A DNA stretch of 45,355 nucleotides from contig CAZJJT010000001.1 in NCBI GenBank assembly GCA_964546395.1, forward strand, positions 1 through 45,355, given 5' to 3'. The translations under genes were made by a program, and so were the position numbers. The notes under the pieces were generated by a model. The model saw only the letters and a list, made by a program, of their open reading frames with translations. It made no database searches and was not told the DNA's origin. The number at the start of each line of letters is the position of its first letter. The stretch's first letter is position 1. The stretch is from an uncultured Fibrobacterota bacterium. Its GTDB lineage: Bacteria > Fibrobacterota > Chitinivibrionia > Chitinivibrionales > CAZJJT01. Shown here in pieces: positions 8,720 to 17,173 of this stretch.

Positions 8720-9985
8720 TCACTCCTTCTGCAGGATAGGTGCGGGATCGGATGTCGCCGCGGCAAGGGCCGGGAGCCACGCCGCGGCGATGCTCAGCAG
8801 CACGGCGCCCAGAGCGGCCGCAGTCCACAGCGTCAGCTCGGACCTGAACGGCACCGACACTCGCACGTGCACCAGCAACGCCAGCGCGGCGGCGAGGCCA
8901 ACACCAAACGTCGCCCCGACAACACCCGCGGCGACGGTCCGGGTGAGGAGCAGGCGGAAGACCCGCCCCGAAGTCCACCCGACGGCGCGCAGCACCGCGA
9001 TCTCCCTGCGACGGTTGCGTGTATCGACCCACGTGATGAGCGCGATGGCAGCCATGCAGGCGACCGCGCACAGCGGCACGAGCGTTCTGCTCAGGCGTTC
9101 GAGCAGGCTGCCCAGCTCCTCCCGGTGACGCTCCTCGGCGGCACGCCGGTCGCGCGCCGTAAGTACCGCCTTGTGACGGGCCTCGGCGCGCGTAAGCGCC
9201 TGCGACATGAACTCGATCACGCGCGTCCCCGGAAGAACAGCTTCGAGGTCCTGGCGGATCTTGGCGATGTTCGGCAGGGAGCTGTCGGCCTCGCACCGGC
9301 ACTCCAGTGCGAGGATCGCGTTGATCCGGCCCTCCCTGCCGAGGATCTTCTGCAGCGTGGCCAGGTCGATCCACGCGGTCATGTCATCCTGATCGCCGCG
9401 CGCCTCGTGACACGAGTCCACCGTAAACGTTCTGCCGAGGAACGTCAGCCTGGCACCCGGCTTTGCCCCGGCAATCCGGCACAGCTCCGATCCCAGCACT
9501 ACCTTCCCCTCCGCCACCGCTTCCCGCAACGGTTTCTTGGGCGGCCTGCCGCCCATGGAAGGGAGTTCGCCGCGCACGCCGATCAGGTTGATTCCCACGC
9601 CGTAGGGCTTCCATGTCATGCGGTGGTGCAGCGACGGCAGTACGTGCTGGACCGAGATGATACCCGAACGCGCCAGCCGCTGCGAGTACTCCTCCGGCAT
9701 GTCCCTGGTAATCTTCCCCTCGGCGTAGTAATCGGCCAGGCTCTGCCCCTGGGGAAGAATGAGAATGTTGAAGCCGAGACCAAGTGTGATCCGACGGTAC
9801 TCGTCCCACATCTCGTGCATCCGCTCTTTCACCTCGGCGTCCTTCTCCCCCAGCACTCGCCGCGTCTGCTCCGCGTACAGGTCGAGCAAACTCTCGGACA
9901 GCGGCAACAGCATCGCACCGAAACAGACCGCCGTCGCCATCAGCAGCGCGGTGGTCCGGTTGCTTCGCAGTTGACGCAGCGCCAT
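8720..9985 (-). CDS. FtsX/MacB-family ABC permease (second of two)
   Basis: Trimmed to the ATG at 9985 (MALRQLRSNRTTALLMATAVCFGAMLL), 17 nt after the upstream stop. Layout is TM1, a ~250-aa periplasmic domain, then the FtsX core NRRREIAVLRAVGWTSGRVFRLLLTRTVAAGVVGATFG plus two more TM helices. Charged helical segments flank the periplasmic domain. Confidence 0.8.
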   Translation of the reverse strand: MALRQLRSNRTTALLMATAVCFGAMLLPLSESLLDLYAEQTRRVLGEKDAEVKERMHEMWDEYRRITLGLGFNILILPQGQSLADYYAEGKITRDMPEEYSQRLARSGIISVQHVLPSLHHRMTWKPYGVGINLIGVRGELPSMGGRPPKKPLREAVAEGKVVLGSELCRIAGAKPGARLTFLGRTFTVDSCHEARGDQDDMTAWIDLATLQKILGREGRINAILALECRCEADSSLPNIAKIRQDLEAVLPGTRVIEFMSQALTRAEARHKAVLTARDRRAAEERHREELGSLLERLSRTLVPLCAVACMAAIALITWVDTRNRRREIAVLRAVGWTSGRVFRLLLTRTVAAGVVGATFGVGLAAALALLVHVRVSVPFRSELTLWTAAALGAVLLSIAAAWLPALAAATSDPAPILQKE

Positions 9986-10002
9986 GCGCAGCACCGACAC
10001 GT

Positions 10003-11265
10003 TCAGGCTCCCGCGTTCATGAGTGTACGGGCGGTGTCGTGGCGAAGCACGACAGCGGCCACCCAGAGATGCGCTGCCAGGCACAGTGCTGCCCCCGCAA
10101 CCGCTATGGTCGCGGCCGCGGCCCACCCCGCCTGCCCTTCCGGACTCCCCGCCGCAGCGCACCCGACAGCCAGCCCAACCACGGCGCCCACGAGCCCCAC
10201 CACGGCCCCCCGCCCGACGAACAGCCACGCCACGCCCGACGGCGCCATGCCAAGCGCTGTCAGCAGACCGATCTCGGCACGGCGGCGGTGAAGGTTGACA
10301 AAGGTCACGATGCCCACCCAGGCGGCACAGCACAGCCCCGCCCCCGCCAGCAGCAGCGCCAGCACATGGGACGTACCCAGCAGCAACGTGCGGTGGGCCG
10401 AACGCTCCGTCCCGGCCACGTCGTACGATACCTGCCGGGCCGCCTCACCCATGCGCGCCCGGGCACGTGAGGTGGCCCCGTGCCACACGATCTGCAGGCC
10501 GGCATGAGTGGTCTGCACGGCCTCTGCGACTGCGCCAGCGTCCATCGAGGGATCGCGGAGGACCGCGCCAATACTGCTGAGGCGCCCATCGAGTCCGAGC
10601 GCCCGCTGCGCGTCACCAAGTCCCATGCGCACCGAGATGTCGCTGCGCGAGCCCTGCTGCGCAACACACTCGGCTACTGTCAACGTCACCGCGCCCACAC
10701 TCACACGCATCCCGGCGGCGAGCGAACACTCACGGCATATCTCGTACCCCACGAACGCAAAGCCGGCTGTGGCGGGCACACCCCCAGGCTCACCCTTACC
10801 CGTCCACTCCGCCGAGAGAACCGTGTCGGCCCCAATGCCAACGATACGCACGGGGCCATGGTAACCACTCACTCGTCCCCACCCCTCGACACGTGGCTGA
10901 AGGCGACAGAAAGGGTTCTGGGCATCCGCGGCAAGGCTGTCGAGCATGTCCGCCCGCACCGTAGCCGTCACCACGCCTTCAGTGAGCATCGCCGCGCGGT
11001 CTGCACCGCTCGAGACGAGGAGCAGATCCGCGGGCATGCGTCCCCCAATCGCCCGGTAGTCCTGCTGCAGGGCCTCAAGCATGGCCTGCGTGCCGTGCTC
11101 CTTGTCCTTCACCAGCTGTTCAGAGCCGCTACGGTGAGCCTGGCCGAGTACCCACACGCCGACGGCGACACCAACCGGGACTGCGACCCCCAGCACCGAG
11201 AGCAGCGCCGACACTCGTGCCACGGCGAGTTCGCGAGCGACCATGCGACCTGCAGTCAAGCGCAC
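10003..11265 (-). CDS. FtsX/MacB-family ABC permease (first of two)
   Basis: I chose the GTG at 11265: GAGGAG lies 7 nt upstream, directly after the upstream stop. An alternative ATG is at 11244. TM1 is VSALLSVLGVAVPVGVAVGVWVL, followed by a periplasmic domain. FtsX core is LHRRRAEIGLLTALGMAPSGVAWLFVGRGAVVGLVGAVVG. The Pro/Arg-rich N-terminal extension in the ORF track overlaps the upstream gene and does not look like protein. Confidence 0.75.
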   Translation of the reverse strand: MRLTAGRMVARELAVARVSALLSVLGVAVPVGVAVGVWVLGQAHRSGSEQLVKDKEHGTQAMLEALQQDYRAIGGRMPADLLLVSSGADRAAMLTEGVVTATVRADMLDSLAADAQNPFCRLQPRVEGWGRVSGYHGPVRIVGIGADTVLSAEWTGKGEPGGVPATAGFAFVGYEICRECSLAAGMRVSVGAVTLTVAECVAQQGSRSDISVRMGLGDAQRALGLDGRLSSIGAVLRDPSMDAGAVAEAVQTTHAGLQIVWHGATSRARARMGEAARQVSYDVAGTERSAHRTLLLGTSHVLALLLAGAGLCCAAWVGIVTFVNLHRRRAEIGLLTALGMAPSGVAWLFVGRGAVVGLVGAVVGLAVGCAAAGSPEGQAGWAAAATIAVAGAALCLAAHLWVAAVVLRHDTARTLMNAGA

Positions 11266-11278
11266 AGTCGTGCTCCTC

Positions 11279-12574
11279 TCACCGCTGCCTCCTTCCCGCC
11301 AGCAGCACGCACGAACCGGCGGCCACGAGCACCACTGCCGCCGCGATGAGCAGCAGCATGCCTCTGCCTCCGGGCGAACTGCGTGCAGCGGCACCCCCCG
11401 CGGCCGAGTCCTCGAACAGGAAATCGAGTTCAGGCGGCACGGCGGCAACGGAACCGGAGGTGTCGAGGGCAGCGCCCGTCGATGAGTCGGTCGTGTCGGC
11501 ACGTACCGTTTCGGCGGGGGGCTCGGACGGCTTCGGCAGGGCCTGTTTCGGGGGCAGTGGTCCCGGTGGTGACACAGTCGGAGATGCCGTGGCCTTCGCG
11601 GGTGCGGCAGGTGGCGGGTCCTGCACAGCCGTATCCGCCGCGGCAAACGCCGAGAGACCCGACAGCGGCGGCGGGGGCTCATCGGGTACGGGGCGGGTTC
11701 GCAGCGCGGAATCCCAGTCCACTGCGAACACGAGGTCAAACCCGGGGTTCTGCTGCTTGACCGTGCACGCGCATGGCCCCGCCAGGAACGTACACACTTC
11801 CCGGACCGCCCTGCCCGTCATCTTTGCAGGAGGTATGGCCACCAGCGCCCGCCCGCGCCCAAACAGGGGAAACACAACGGGGTCGCTGAGCGTGTCTAGC
11901 CGTGCCTTGCCGCCGAGCAGCAGGCGAAGGAGCACCTGCTCGGAAGGGTCCGCTGCCGAGACAACCAGGGTGGAGAATGCAATGCGCAGCGGCACACCGG
12001 GTGACGGAGGGAAGTAGCCCGCGACCGGGTCGGGACTCGGGATCTTCAGTGAATCCTGCATGCGGGGAAGGTAGGTCCGCAGCGTGTCGACCACGCGCCT
12101 GGCAGCGGCACGGTCACTGCCGGTGACAATCAGCCACACACACGTCTCGCCTGACAGGAGCCTGCGCACGACCTCGCGCCTGATCGGCGACCCTATCAGC
12201 CGCTTCACCGGCTCCGCCTCGAACGGCGCCGACCACACCGGCGGCTGGTCGGGACGGGAGTAGACCGGGTACACGGCGATGCAGGGAAGCGGACTGTCGC
12301 CCAGGACTCCGTACCGAACCAGCGCCGAGGAGTCCTCGGAGGCACTGACATCAGTCTCTTGGAGCATCAGGTTGGCGCCTGTGGCGCCGATGCCGCGCAT
12401 GAGTGCCGAATCGGCCGCAGAGAGTGGTCCCCGGTGAAACACCATGGCCAGGTACGGATCTACCTGCCAGCGCTCGAGACCGTAGCGGAACACAGGGACG
12501 CTGCAGGCGATGGAGTGCTGCAGGAAAACGCTGAGGATGCCAAGCACGACAGCATGGGAAACGGCTCTGTTCAT
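11279..12574 (-). CDS. Conserved-looking hypothetical envelope protein: signal peptide ending at Cys, Cys-motif domain, Pro-rich linker, C-terminal TM anchor
   Basis: Trimmed to the ATG at 12574, giving signal peptide MNRAVSHAVVLGILSVFLQHSIA|CSVPVFRYGLERW. A second Cys motif is FLAGPCACTVKQQNPGFDLVFAVDW. Linker is PVPDEPPPPL...PPAAPAKATASPTVSPPGPLPPKQALPKPSEPP. C-terminal TM is MLLLIAAAVVLVAAGSCVLLAG followed by RRQR. There is no obvious SD sequence. Confidence 0.7.
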   Translation of the reverse strand: MNRAVSHAVVLGILSVFLQHSIACSVPVFRYGLERWQVDPYLAMVFHRGPLSAADSALMRGIGATGANLMLQETDVSASEDSSALVRYGVLGDSPLPCIAVYPVYSRPDQPPVWSAPFEAEPVKRLIGSPIRREVVRRLLSGETCVWLIVTGSDRAAARRVVDTLRTYLPRMQDSLKIPSPDPVAGYFPPSPGVPLRIAFSTLVVSAADPSEQVLLRLLLGGKARLDTLSDPVVFPLFGRGRALVAIPPAKMTGRAVREVCTFLAGPCACTVKQQNPGFDLVFAVDWDSALRTRPVPDEPPPPLSGLSAFAAADTAVQDPPPAAPAKATASPTVSPPGPLPPKQALPKPSEPPAETVRADTTDSSTGAALDTSGSVAAVPPELDFLFEDSAAGGAAARSSPGGRGMLLLIAAAVVLVAAGSCVLLAGRRQR

Positions 12575-12673
12575 GCACTGGAAACTACTGCCGGGTCCGA
12601 CCGGGGCGTGCGGGCGTGCGGATACCATATATGCAGTACGCACGGCAGAAGCGTACCGGGACAACCGCGGCGC

Positions 12674-13618
12674 TCAGCGGAATCGCGGCAGGCTGAGTCG
12701 GCCAACCGCCGCGCCAGCCTGCGGCGGATCGGCCCGTCCCGCCGCCCGTCCACTCAGGCCTACGGCATCGCCTGCCGGGCCCTGCCCTGCCCCTGCCCCC
12801 GGAGCCGTCCTCCACCGGGGCACGCCGGCGGCAGTAGGCAGGTAGAGCTGCGCAACGGCCCACGCCTTCTCCTGCATGTAGGTGCGCAGGGCTGCATCGT
12901 AGGTCACGTTGGTCACATCGGTGTAGTGGTAGTCAAGACCGACGGGCGATTGACGGGTGAGAATCGCGTAGAACATCCACGAGTTGAGGTATGACGCGAG
13001 GTTGTTCTGGTGCAGGTCATCACCGTACAAGTAATCTCGTGCGGTTACGCCGGGCGGCAGCGTATCGGTCAGGTTGTGCCAGGCGTGCGAGCAGGGCACC
13101 ACGGGTACGCCGAGATGCTGGCCAAGATTGGTGTAGTTGGTCTGGAACGCGACCATGTCGTTGTGAAACTTGCTCGCACTCATCCACGATGCCAGCGGGT
13201 TGCCGGTCCACGGCATCATGAGCACCAGCTGCGCGCCGTGCGCAGTGGCCAACGAGTCGAACCTGGTGGCGTACTTGTAGAGCGTGTCAAGCGTCCCGGC
13301 CGGGTAGTCGATCCCGCTCCAGTAGCCCTGCAGCACCACGATGTCCCAGTTGCCGGTGCGGATTGTCTCGGGCGCCCCACTCGTGTTCCACATCACCTCG
13401 ACATCTTCACCCCACGACACACTGGCCTGGGTGGTAACAGCCAGTGAGGGAGTCGCGGCGGCAAACATCCGCCTCACGTACTCGTGCAAACCGCCACTCG
13501 TACCCACGTAGCTGTTGCCCACGAAGAAGATGCGGGCGTTGTCCTGGATGGGAACCTGGGCGTACACCGTCGTTGCCGCAAGTGCCACCGCACACACGCT
13601 CATCGGTACGTGTCTCAT
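12674..13618 (-). CDS. Secreted SGNH/GDSL-like hydrolase (putative carbohydrate esterase)
   Basis: Trimmed to the ATG at 13618, with GGAGG upstream. Signal peptide is MRHVPMSVCAVALAATTVYAQ. Block I-like FFVGNSY and block V-like GDDLHQN are present. The Gly/Ala/Pro-rich C-terminal tail only faintly resembles the CTDs of neighbouring secreted enzymes. Confidence 0.6.
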   Translation of the reverse strand: MRHVPMSVCAVALAATTVYAQVPIQDNARIFFVGNSYVGTSGGLHEYVRRMFAAATPSLAVTTQASVSWGEDVEVMWNTSGAPETIRTGNWDIVVLQGYWSGIDYPAGTLDTLYKYATRFDSLATAHGAQLVLMMPWTGNPLASWMSASKFHNDMVAFQTNYTNLGQHLGVPVVPCSHAWHNLTDTLPPGVTARDYLYGDDLHQNNLASYLNSWMFYAILTRQSPVGLDYHYTDVTNVTYDAALRTYMQEKAWAVAQLYLPTAAGVPRWRTAPGAGAGQGPAGDAVGLSGRAAGRADPPQAGAAVGRLSLPRFR

Positions 13619-13742
13619 GCATACCTCCATTCCAAGATTATAGAATAGCAGGACCACATGCGCTATGGCGATCTTATTGGCGACTTTCTACAGTTGCTAG
13701 CTGATATATTATAGCCCGTAGAACCATGTCAGGAGAAACTCG

Positions 13743-15251
13743 ATGCGTCGTTCGCCGCGCAGGGACGTTGCCCTTGCCTACCTTCACTCGCTCGTATCGG
13801 GCACCTCGCCCGATTCTCCCGCCCGTCTGCCCACAATCGCAGTGCTGGCCCGCAAGGCAGGCGTCGCACCAGCGACGATGTGGAGCGCGGTACGGCAGTT
13901 GTGCAGGGAGGGTGTGTTGGTGGCCCGGCCGCGCAGCGGGGTGCACATCGCCCGCGACCCCTTCGGTGACCGTCCTCGCCCGCCGGGTGACAGCTCGGGT
14001 CAACTGCCTTCCGCCGCCCAGCGTTGGGAACACGTACGCGACCGCATCGAGGAGGATATCGCGGGTGGTGTCTTCTTCTCCGAGGGAATCCTGCCACGCA
14101 GCAAACAGCTGCTGATACGCTACGGCGTGTGCCACCAGACCCTCCGCAAGGCCCTCGCGTCACTGGAGCAAGGCGGTGCGCTGGTTCGGCGGAGCAAGTC
14201 GTGGCATATCGTGGGCAACGCGCCGCGGACCACATCTTCGACCGTTCTGTTCATCGAGTGGGTATCCGGGCAGGCGGTGGTGAATGCACTGGACACCGAG
14301 TGCTCGCGCATGGGACTGCGCCTGCAGATCGTACGCCTGTTCCCGCGTGAGCGGCTGTTCGAAACGCTCGCCCAGCTTCGCGCCGGCTCAGGCGACAAGC
14401 CCGTGGTGGGAGTGCTCCTGGCAATTACCGGCGGCTCGCCGGCCCAGTACCGTGAGATACTCACCGCCATCACCCCTTTCGAGCGCCCGATTGCGATCCT
14501 CGACCAGACCGGTGGCGCCACTGGTGTCTCGCTGCCCGGGGGCCGTGCGGTTCGTGTGGTCACCATCGCCGCGAATCGTGAACCGGGGCGCCTCATGGGC
14601 CGGTTTCTCCTGAACAACGGGCATCGCCGTGCCGCGTTCATCTCTGCCGTGCACCACGAGAACTGGTCACGCGCTCGGTACGCGGGCATGGAAGAGGTGT
14701 TCAGGCGGGTCCCCGGGGCGCGCCTGGTGGAGGTATTCGACGAGCGCGGGAGGAGTCCGCAGGCGCACAGCACACAGGTGGCAGCCGACCTGTTCTGGCT
14801 CACCGAGAAGCTGCTGAGCCGTGAGCGTCCGCGCCACCGGCGTCTCGCCCGCTGCCTCCGGCGCATGAGCACCGAACTCAGCGCCGCGATGGCCTGGGCG
14901 TACGTGGAGGAGGGGCTGGGTCCGCTGATGGAGCGGGCGCTGGCGATGCCCGGGGTGAGTGCCTGGGTTGCGGCCAACGACCCCATGGCGCTGGCGTGCA
15001 CGGAGTTCCTCCGCTCCCGCGGCGTGCGGGTCCCCGAGGACATGTCGGTGGCAGGCTTCGACGACAGCCTTGCGGCGTTCACCGCCGACCTCACGAGCTA
15101 CAACTTCAACCGGACCGCAGCCGTACGGGCGGCAGTGTCGTACCTGGTGTCGGGTCCCGCAAGGGGGGGGGCGTCGGGACCGCGCACGGTGGAGATAGAT
15201 GGGTTCGTGACGCCGCGTGGGTCGACGAGAAACCTGGCCACGGCAACCTGA
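13743..15251 (+). CDS. Transcriptional regulator with two tandem GntR-type winged-HTH modules and a LacI/PBP1-type sugar-binding domain
   Basis: AGGAG lies 8 nt upstream of the ATG. wHTH 1 is LPTIAVLARKAGVAPATMWSAVRQLCREGVLVARPRSGVHIA. wHTH 2 is LPRSKQLLIRYGVCHQTLRKALASLEQGGALVRRSKSWHIV. The C-terminal half carries PBP1-like motifs (...AWVAANDPMALACTEFLRSRGVRVPEDMSVAGFDD). Confidence 0.75.
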   Translation: MRRSPRRDVALAYLHSLVSGTSPDSPARLPTIAVLARKAGVAPATMWSAVRQLCREGVLVARPRSGVHIARDPFGDRPRPPGDSSGQLPSAAQRWEHVRDRIEEDIAGGVFFSEGILPRSKQLLIRYGVCHQTLRKALASLEQGGALVRRSKSWHIVGNAPRTTSSTVLFIEWVSGQAVVNALDTECSRMGLRLQIVRLFPRERLFETLAQLRAGSGDKPVVGVLLAITGGSPAQYREILTAITPFERPIAILDQTGGATGVSLPGGRAVRVVTIAANREPGRLMGRFLLNNGHRRAAFISAVHHENWSRARYAGMEEVFRRVPGARLVEVFDERGRSPQAHSTQVAADLFWLTEKLLSRERPRHRRLARCLRRMSTELSAAMAWAYVEEGLGPLMERALAMPGVSAWVAANDPMALACTEFLRSRGVRVPEDMSVAGFDDSLAAFTADLTSYNFNRTAAVRAAVSYLVSGPARGGASGPRTVEIDGFVTPRGSTRNLATAT

Positions 15252-15263
15252 CGAGGTAGAAAC

Positions 15264-15292
15264 GCCCCCTGCCGCACTGTGCGGCAGGGGGC
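15264..15292. terminator. Bidirectional hairpin terminator between the regulator (+) and GH30 (-)
   Basis: Perfect 13-bp stem: gccccctgccgca (15264-15276), loop ctg, tgcggcagggggc (15280-15292). It lies between convergent stop codons. Confidence 0.6.
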
Positions 15293-15323
15293 CTGAACCG
15301 GCAAAGACAGGGGGGAGTAGCCT

Positions 15324-16910
15324 TCACCGGCCGGAAACTGTTGCCGCGGCCCGCCCACTGCGCCCGAACCTGTCGGTCACACGTGCGCAGTACACGCCCG
15401 CAGCTACCCTTTTTCCATCAGCAACGCCGTCCCAACTGAACCCGCCTTCAGTGTCGAGCGACACACGCTCCACCACTGCCAACAGACGGCCGTCGATACC
15501 GAACACCTCCGCCCGCACTTCACCCGCCGGCCGCGTGCCGTATCGCAGCTCCCGTACCGGTGTAGGCGGCTCGTAGTTGCTGCCGTACAGCGTGTTGATC
15601 GAGTTGGCCGGCAGGGTCACCGACCCGTTCACGGTCCCCGCGTTGGTGCAGTTGTCGGCACTGCTGGTGCGGTACCAGGTGAACGAGGGCAGGCTGGCGC
15701 CCGAGAGCGTGATGCTCTTCGAACTGCTTGCCCAGTTGAGAATCACGATCGTCAGTGTGTTGTTTTGCTTGTGGTGGAACCCGGCGGTGAACACCTCGTC
15801 GTCGTCGCTGTTGACATCGATCATCACCGCGCCCGGCCGGATGTACCGGTAGTACTGCTTGGCAGCGTAGAACAGCTTGCCCTTCTGCCCCAGCGGCATC
15901 AGGATCTCGCCCGCCGTGTGGTTGCCCGACAACTGCCACCACACCCACGCGTTCACGTGACCGTACTTCAGTGCCTCGAATATCGCCTCAGCCGTCCCCC
16001 GCGCTCCGTTCCAGTCGTTGGAGTACCCGGAGGTCTCGGTCATCCAGAACCCCTTGCCCGAGGTGCGCATGTTGTTCCACGCGCGTGTCCAGAGCTGCGG
16101 AGCGTCTGCACTCGGAGTCGGGTTCACACCGTCACTGTACCCGTGCACCGCAATCGCATGCATCTGCGCCCGTGACTCGGGGTCGGCCATGAGTGTACCG
16201 GGGTACCCGCGGACCGTCCACGCCCCCAGCATATCCTCCGGTCCGAACAGCCGTGCGTCGGGATACGCCGCGTGGAGTCGCGGCCCGACAATCTTCACCA
16301 GGTCGCGGTACCCGGTCGCCGTGTACACGCACGAGTTGTAGGGCTCGACAAACGCCAGCTCATTCTGAAGACTCAACGCATAGAGATCAACGTTGCAGCG
16401 GTCCTTGTACGCCCGGTATGTGGCAATGGCGTACTCGGCCAGTTCGTTCTCCACTCCCGGCCGAAGGCTCCCGCCGTCGGTTTCACTGCTGTTGTCCTTC
16501 ATCCATGCCGGCGGGGTCCAGTACGTGGCGATGAACCTGATCGGCTCGCCGCTCTGCGTGGCCTTGGCCTGCAGCGCGTCGATCCACACCTTCTCCTTGT
16601 TGATAAATGACCCGTTGAAATTGAACGCTGAGAAGTTCATGTCGAACGCGTCACCGTTCTCGTTGCTCGGCTCGAAATCCGGGTAGAACTCGTTGCGCGA
16701 CATGGTCAGCCCAAGCTCGTCCACCACAGTGGCCACGAACGACGCGCTTGCGAACGGCCCCCCGCTCCACCACACGTTCTCGGAGCCGTGCGCCCCGAAC
16801 CCTTCGATCGTCTGAAACTCGGTCGTGTGCGTCACAGTCACAGTCACTGCTGCAACCTGAAACGCCACGGTGAGCGCGAGCCCCAATCCTGCCCGTGCGA
16901 TGCCTCTCAT
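15324..16910 (-). CDS. Glycoside hydrolase family 30-like (xylanase/glucosylceramidase clan GH-A) with a T9SS/FlgD-Ig-like C-terminal domain
   Basis: Trimmed to the ATG at 16910, with GGAGG upstream. Signal peptide is MRGIARAGLGLALTVAFQVAA. Motifs are FQTIEGFGAHG, the acid/base-type YALSLQNELAFVE and the nucleophile-type GFWMTETSGY. C-terminus is RAEVFGIDGRLLAVVERVSLD...GKRVAAGVYCARVTDRFGRSG. Confidence 0.8.
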   Translation of the reverse strand: MRGIARAGLGLALTVAFQVAAVTVTVTHTTEFQTIEGFGAHGSENVWWSGGPFASASFVATVVDELGLTMSRNEFYPDFEPSNENGDAFDMNFSAFNFNGSFINKEKVWIDALQAKATQSGEPIRFIATYWTPPAWMKDNSSETDGGSLRPGVENELAEYAIATYRAYKDRCNVDLYALSLQNELAFVEPYNSCVYTATGYRDLVKIVGPRLHAAYPDARLFGPEDMLGAWTVRGYPGTLMADPESRAQMHAIAVHGYSDGVNPTPSADAPQLWTRAWNNMRTSGKGFWMTETSGYSNDWNGARGTAEAIFEALKYGHVNAWVWWQLSGNHTAGEILMPLGQKGKLFYAAKQYYRYIRPGAVMIDVNSDDDEVFTAGFHHKQNNTLTIVILNWASSSKSITLSGASLPSFTWYRTSSADNCTNAGTVNGSVTLPANSINTLYGSNYEPPTPVRELRYGTRPAGEVRAEVFGIDGRLLAVVERVSLDTEGGFSWDGVADGKRVAAGVYCARVTDRFGRSGRAAATVSGR

Positions 16911-16979
16911 GCCACACCTCCCCTGTAAGGTGTTGATATTTCGTGTGGCCGCATCGCTGCCCCCCATCTGCAGCGCGTC

Positions 16980-17009
16980 CCCCTGGATCGACGCGACCTC
17001 CCCTGGATC
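16980..17009. repeat. Direct repeat CCCCTGGATC x2 (20-nt period) in the GH30/GH31 divergent region; candidate operator
   Basis: CCCCTGGATC occurs at 16980-16989 and 17000-17009. A nearby short motif ATCTAT occurs three times (17007, 17020, 17074). The repeats lie 70-170 nt upstream of the GH30 start. Confidence 0.35.
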
Positions 17010-17173
17010 TATTGGGTGAATCTATGGTGGAAACCCTCCATGCGTTCCCTAAATCAATGTCCACAATTCCCAGATCTATCAGAAATAGTCAGCCTGAAGC
17101 CCGGATACATAGGCTGCACAGCACCTCTTGGGCGGCTGCCCCGAGCGGCCGCTGTCGGCGGCCGGGGCACCGC

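Noticed and set aside
8204-10291. 695-aa plus-strand ORF spanning the ABC ATPase and permease genes
   Set aside because: It is antisense to genes with Walker and FtsX motifs. Its composition is low-complexity Arg/Pro/Ala/Ser and it crosses two gene boundaries on the opposite strand.
9986-11739. Long Pro/Arg/Gly-rich N-terminal extensions of both FtsX permease ORFs (9986-10333 and 11266-11739)
   Set aside because: They overlap the 3' ends of the upstream genes, lack protein-like composition, and SD-preceded starts exist right after each upstream stop.
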